34,131 nt of DNA from a virus: positions 1-34,131 of the IMG/VR virus record IMGVR_UViG_3300045988_046485; one strand, given 5' to 3'. The translations under genes were made by a program, and so were the position numbers. Position 1 is the first letter of the stretch. Each line of letters begins with the position of its first letter. This document shows, piece after piece, positions 31,619 through 34,131 of this stretch. The notes under the pieces were generated by a model that was not told the DNA's origin, searched no databases, and was given only the letters and a program-made list of their open reading frames with translations.

Positions 31619-31652
31619 GGGTTCTTATTAATGTTTTTTACTCTGAAAAGGG

Positions 31653-32198
31653 TTACTTAAATAAATCGTCGTTCTCGTCGATATCCACCGTATCGAAATC
31701 GTCAAGACTTGTTCCACCATCCAGGCGTTCACCGTCTGCCGTCTTCTGTATTCCGTTCAGCCCTACACCTACACCGTATTTCCCGGTAAACTCATAAGGG
31801 TAAAAAGACACCGCTACATTACCGTAACATCCGCTATACACCTCGTTTTTGTCTGTGATGTACTGTTTACGGCCATCGATAACGATAGGAGCGCCTTGTG
31901 CCTCTTTACGCTTCGCGTTGATGAAATAACACCCCTTGAATTCTGCACCGTCTTTTTCTTCGTCGCCATCTCTTAATGGGTTATTCCATGTCTTGGGGTC
32001 TTTGCCTGCGAGTTTAGGATATTTAGTCTTAAACGTTGCGCGCTCGGCCTCAATTGCCGCCTTAATCTTTGGAACCTCCGGGCTGTTCTTGTCAATCAGT
32101 AGACAAACGCTATACGTTGCGTCACCTTGGCCGTTAACTTGTGATGCTTCAAACACACGTACATAACTCAATCTCGCATTTTTAATCATTGCTTTCAT
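31653..32198 (-). CDS. single-stranded DNA-binding protein, DUF2815-like (181 aa)
   Basis: The N-terminus ..ARLSYVRVFEA.. is typical of DUF2815 phage SSBs. The C-terminal tail is acidic (DDFDTVDIDENDDLFK). Confidence 0.7.
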   Translation of the reverse strand: MKAMIKNARLSYVRVFEASQVNGQGDATYSVCLLIDKNSPEVPKIKAAIEAERATFKTKYPKLAGKDPKTWNNPLRDGDEEKDGAEFKGCYFINAKRKEAQGAPIVIDGRKQYITDKNEVYSGCYGNVAVSFYPYEFTGKYGVGVGLNGIQKTADGERLDGGTSLDDFDTVDIDENDDLFK

Positions 32199-32259
32199 AT
32201 TACACTTTTTTTCTTTTTGTCCTCTAAGCGGTTCGGACGTTCCGTTTTTAAATCGTATG

Positions 32260-32301
32260 CAAATATAACAAATAAATCTGTAAGTTGTTCGCTCTGTTAA
32301 C
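32260..32301 (-). promoter_or_regulatory. Early promoter copy P5 (GTTAAC-N28-TATATTTG)
   Basis: Minus strand reads GTTAACAGAGCGAACAACTTACAGATTTATTTGTTATATTTG. The GTTAAC box contains the stop codon of the upstream gene. Confidence 0.6.
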
Positions 32302-32614
32302 CTTGTTTAACTTTAAAAGTTTTTGGAGCTATTGAAATAGCGTAATCTAAATCTCTTTGGTCAGCGTTACGTATTATATACTCTTTCGACTTGACGGGAT
32401 ATTTCATAATCTCATATCTATCCCATTTTAAAATGACTGCCAGCTCTGATGCCGTCACTTCCTTAAGGGCTGCCAAAAGAGCTTGCATGTTATTAGAATC
32501 CCTTTCGATTTCCTTTTTACTCCATGTTCGGAATTGCTTCTTATTCCAAAACTTTGTTAGTTTGTCAAGCTCTTCGTTACTCATTGTTCCCTGGTTGAAT
32601 TTAGATGTACTCAT
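32297..32614 (-). CDS. hypothetical early protein (105 aa), possible winged-helix DNA binder
   Basis: ATG 32614 lies downstream of P6. The segment VTASELAVILKWDRYEIMKY looks HTH-like; this is weak. Confidence 0.65.
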   Translation of the reverse strand: MSTSKFNQGTMSNEELDKLTKFWNKKQFRTWSKKEIERDSNNMQALLAALKEVTASELAVILKWDRYEIMKYPVKSKEYIIRNADQRDLDYAISIAPKTFKVKQG

Positions 32615-32659
32615 AATCTTTTTGTTTTTAAATTAGTTGTTATCTCTCTTTCGATGATG

Positions 32660-32701
32660 CAAAGATAACAACTAATTTGTTACGTTGGTTCTTTCGTTAA
32701 C
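32660..32701 (-). promoter_or_regulatory. Early promoter copy P6 (GTTAAC-N28-TATCTTTG)
   Basis: Minus strand reads GTTAACGAAAGAACCAACGTAACAAATTAGTTGTTATCTTTG. Confidence 0.6.
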
Positions 32702-32706
32702 TTCTT

Positions 32707-33885
32707 TTATGAATTTAATTCCTCAAACATATCTAAAGTAGGTTGTATCGGTTCTCTTTTATCGCTTTCCGGTGCGAGCGTTGGCGCGCCCTGGGGCTTG
32801 ACTATAACACCATCCAACAGAACCGTTAACGGCTTCTTTCCTACGGTTCGTTCCAGGTCTCCGATGCCTTTTATCTTCGTATTGATAAGGGCTTCCCGGT
32901 CAAAACCTGCCTCCGTTAGCCGTTTTAAGGCCTCTGCTTCGTCTTTAATGACCCGTGCCGACCTGCCCTCCACCAGCTTCCACCCGTTAACGTGCTTGCC
33001 GCTTAAGGCTTCGGACATCGCAAACTGTTTAACTGATGCCAGCCAATCGCTAAACATGTCCGCCTTATTGAGTATATCCCCTATTTCTTCCAAAGATAGG
33101 GCTTTGGTTTCTCCGTGGGTCTCGAACTCGTTAACCAGTGCGTCACGTTGCGCCCGGCATTGTGCCTTAAACTTGCAGAACTTACAGTGCGCCCCTACTT
33201 TCGCTTCTCCCTGCCCGGCAAATGCTTTCTCTGCCGTGGGTCTTAGTACGTGTATCGCCCAGTGGGTTAAATCTCGTGCCGTCATCTCGAATACCGGGAA
33301 GTGCCCCAGGCGTACCTGTGCAATGTGCATACGTACCGTTTCTATTTTAGACTGCTTTTCGGGCGGTAGGGAACGAAGAACGCCAAGCGCGTACAACATT
33401 AGCTGCGTGTTGTTCTCGGCTTCCACCTGCACGCCCTTTCCGTACTTAAGGTCTATGATGTTTAGAACCTTTTCGCCTACTATGTCGCAGTCGCAGCTAC
33501 CGAAACAATCGGGTACATACATTGTTAGGTCAAACTTTCGTTCTATGCTCATTCCCGCGCCCTCTATGACCTCGTAAACGTCGCACACGTAGCACACGTA
33601 ATCGGTTACGTACTTATCCATCTCGGGGTTGTAATACTTGTTTTCCGCAATATCTTTTGGTACGGGCAATTCATCAAGTAGGGGGGTGTATTCCCCGGCT
33701 AAATACTTCCGTATTGCGTGCTCTGCCAACTCGTGAGCTACTGTTCCCTCTTCCGATGCCGCGCTTCCCGTGCTCGGTATGTTTTCTTCCAACCGTGCGG
33801 ACGGTGTGCAGTTCATCCAGCGGTGCGAGCTACTGGGAGATAGGAGCGCATGCGCGCGCTCGTTATGGTTTATCTGTTCTTTCAT
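32707..33885 (-). CDS. PD-(D/E)XK exonuclease with Cas4-like Cys cluster, DUF2800-like (392 aa)
   Basis: The N-terminus has LSPSSSHRWMNCTPS, the nuclease core is DCDIV...IIDLKYGKG, and a C-terminal CKFCKFKAQC combines with the N-terminal Cys in a 4-Cys arrangement. Confidence 0.8.
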   Translation of the reverse strand: MKEQINHNERAHALLSPSSSHRWMNCTPSARLEENIPSTGSAASEEGTVAHELAEHAIRKYLAGEYTPLLDELPVPKDIAENKYYNPEMDKYVTDYVCYVCDVYEVIEGAGMSIERKFDLTMYVPDCFGSCDCDIVGEKVLNIIDLKYGKGVQVEAENNTQLMLYALGVLRSLPPEKQSKIETVRMHIAQVRLGHFPVFEMTARDLTHWAIHVLRPTAEKAFAGQGEAKVGAHCKFCKFKAQCRAQRDALVNEFETHGETKALSLEEIGDILNKADMFSDWLASVKQFAMSEALSGKHVNGWKLVEGRSARVIKDEAEALKRLTEAGFDREALINTKIKGIGDLERTVGKKPLTVLLDGVIVKPQGAPTLAPESDKREPIQPTLDMFEELNS

Positions 33886-34131
33886 CTTGTCAAGGGGTAA
33901 TTTTCAATACGTTGTTTAAGTAATGCGAATTTAGAGGCGCTAACCTTTGAAAGTGATGTGCCCCCGAACTCCAAAAGTATAGATGCCATTTCGTCACGGG
34001 TAACGTGCCCAGACTTTACACTGGATATTACGAGGTGTTGCATTTCCTTTAAAGTAGGTGTTTCATCCTTTGTTTCTTCTTCTGCCTTTGCAGGTTCTTC
34101 TGCCTTTGCAGGTTCTTCTGCCTTTGCAGGT
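33882..34131 (-). CDS. C-terminal part of the wrap-around PAKAEE-repeat ORF
   Basis: Reads PAKAEEPAKAEEPAKAEEETKDETPTLKEMQHLVISSVKSGHVTRDEMASILLEFGGTSLSKVSASKFALLKQRIENYPLTR, then a stop. The stop overlaps the ATG of the exonuclease gene (ATGA). Confidence 0.7.
   Translation of the reverse strand, partial: PAKAEEPAKAEEPAKAEEETKDETPTLKEMQHLVISSVKSGHVTRDEMASILLEFGGTSLSKVSASKFALLKQRIENYPLTR
34078..34131. repeat. 18-bp tandem repeat x3 (TCTTCTGCCTTTGCAGGT); the last 53 nt duplicate nt 1-53
   Basis: Direct reading of the sequence. Confidence 0.9.

Noticed and set aside
34079-34131. Taking the two ends literally, giving six PAKAEE units or a physical direct terminal repeat.
   Set aside because: Literal concatenation frameshifts the junction-spanning ORF, whereas collapsing the overlap restores a complete, translationally coupled gene. 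A 53-nt identity inside a tandem repeat is what a k-mer assembler leaves on a circular contig. Physical ends cannot be excluded without read data.
1-34131. Lysogeny module, diversity-generating retroelement, or stop-codon recoding.
   Set aside because: I found no integrase/recombinase, repressor pair, reverse transcriptase or template/variable repeat pair. All recognisable genes are intact in the standard code, with no in-frame TAG/TGA interruptions.

Overview
The window is a complete, circularly closed dsDNA phage genome of about 34.08 kb unique sequence. Nt 1-53 are identical to nt 34079-34131, and one ORF reads through the junction only when that overlap is collapsed. There are about 46 protein-coding genes, all on the minus strand. 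Leaders are A/T-rich without Shine-Dalgarno sequences, and -7 boxes match TAnnTTTG, which points to a Bacteroidota host (inference). Reading the minus strand from 17723 downward gives the late genes: terS, terL, neck/tail genes, a coiled-coil tape-measure-like protein, prohead protease-scaffold, major capsid protein, three tandem paralogous ~180-aa virion proteins, portal, holin, GH108 endolysin, a spanin-like protein and a strong terminator. The early/replication genes follow and wrap through the window ends: small early ORFs, a Cas4-like PD-(D/E)XK exonuclease, a DUF2815-like SSB, a metallophosphoesterase, a family A DNA polymerase, a primase-polymerase/VirE-type helicase, an orphan C5 cytosine methyltransferase, a DUF3310-like protein, a VRR-NUC nuclease, an SNF2 helicase and further small ORFs. 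I saw no tRNA, integrase, CRISPR array or reverse transcriptase. The most interesting signals are non-coding. (i) Two paralogous ~400-bp hubs (1219-1574 and 17885-18282) lie almost opposite each other on the circle; each is an AT-rich core flanked by 10-12 copies of a 9-mer family (CTGTGCCAC / CTGTGCCAG / CTGTCTCAC) in both orientations. (ii) A tandem pair of ~95-nt multi-helix RNA domains (945-1145, minus strand) shows compensatory base changes and sits in the leader of the first early gene. (iii) A fixed-geometry 42-nt promoter (GTTAAY-N28-TAnnTTTG) occurs six times. All protein family names come from motif recognition by eye, not from database searches.
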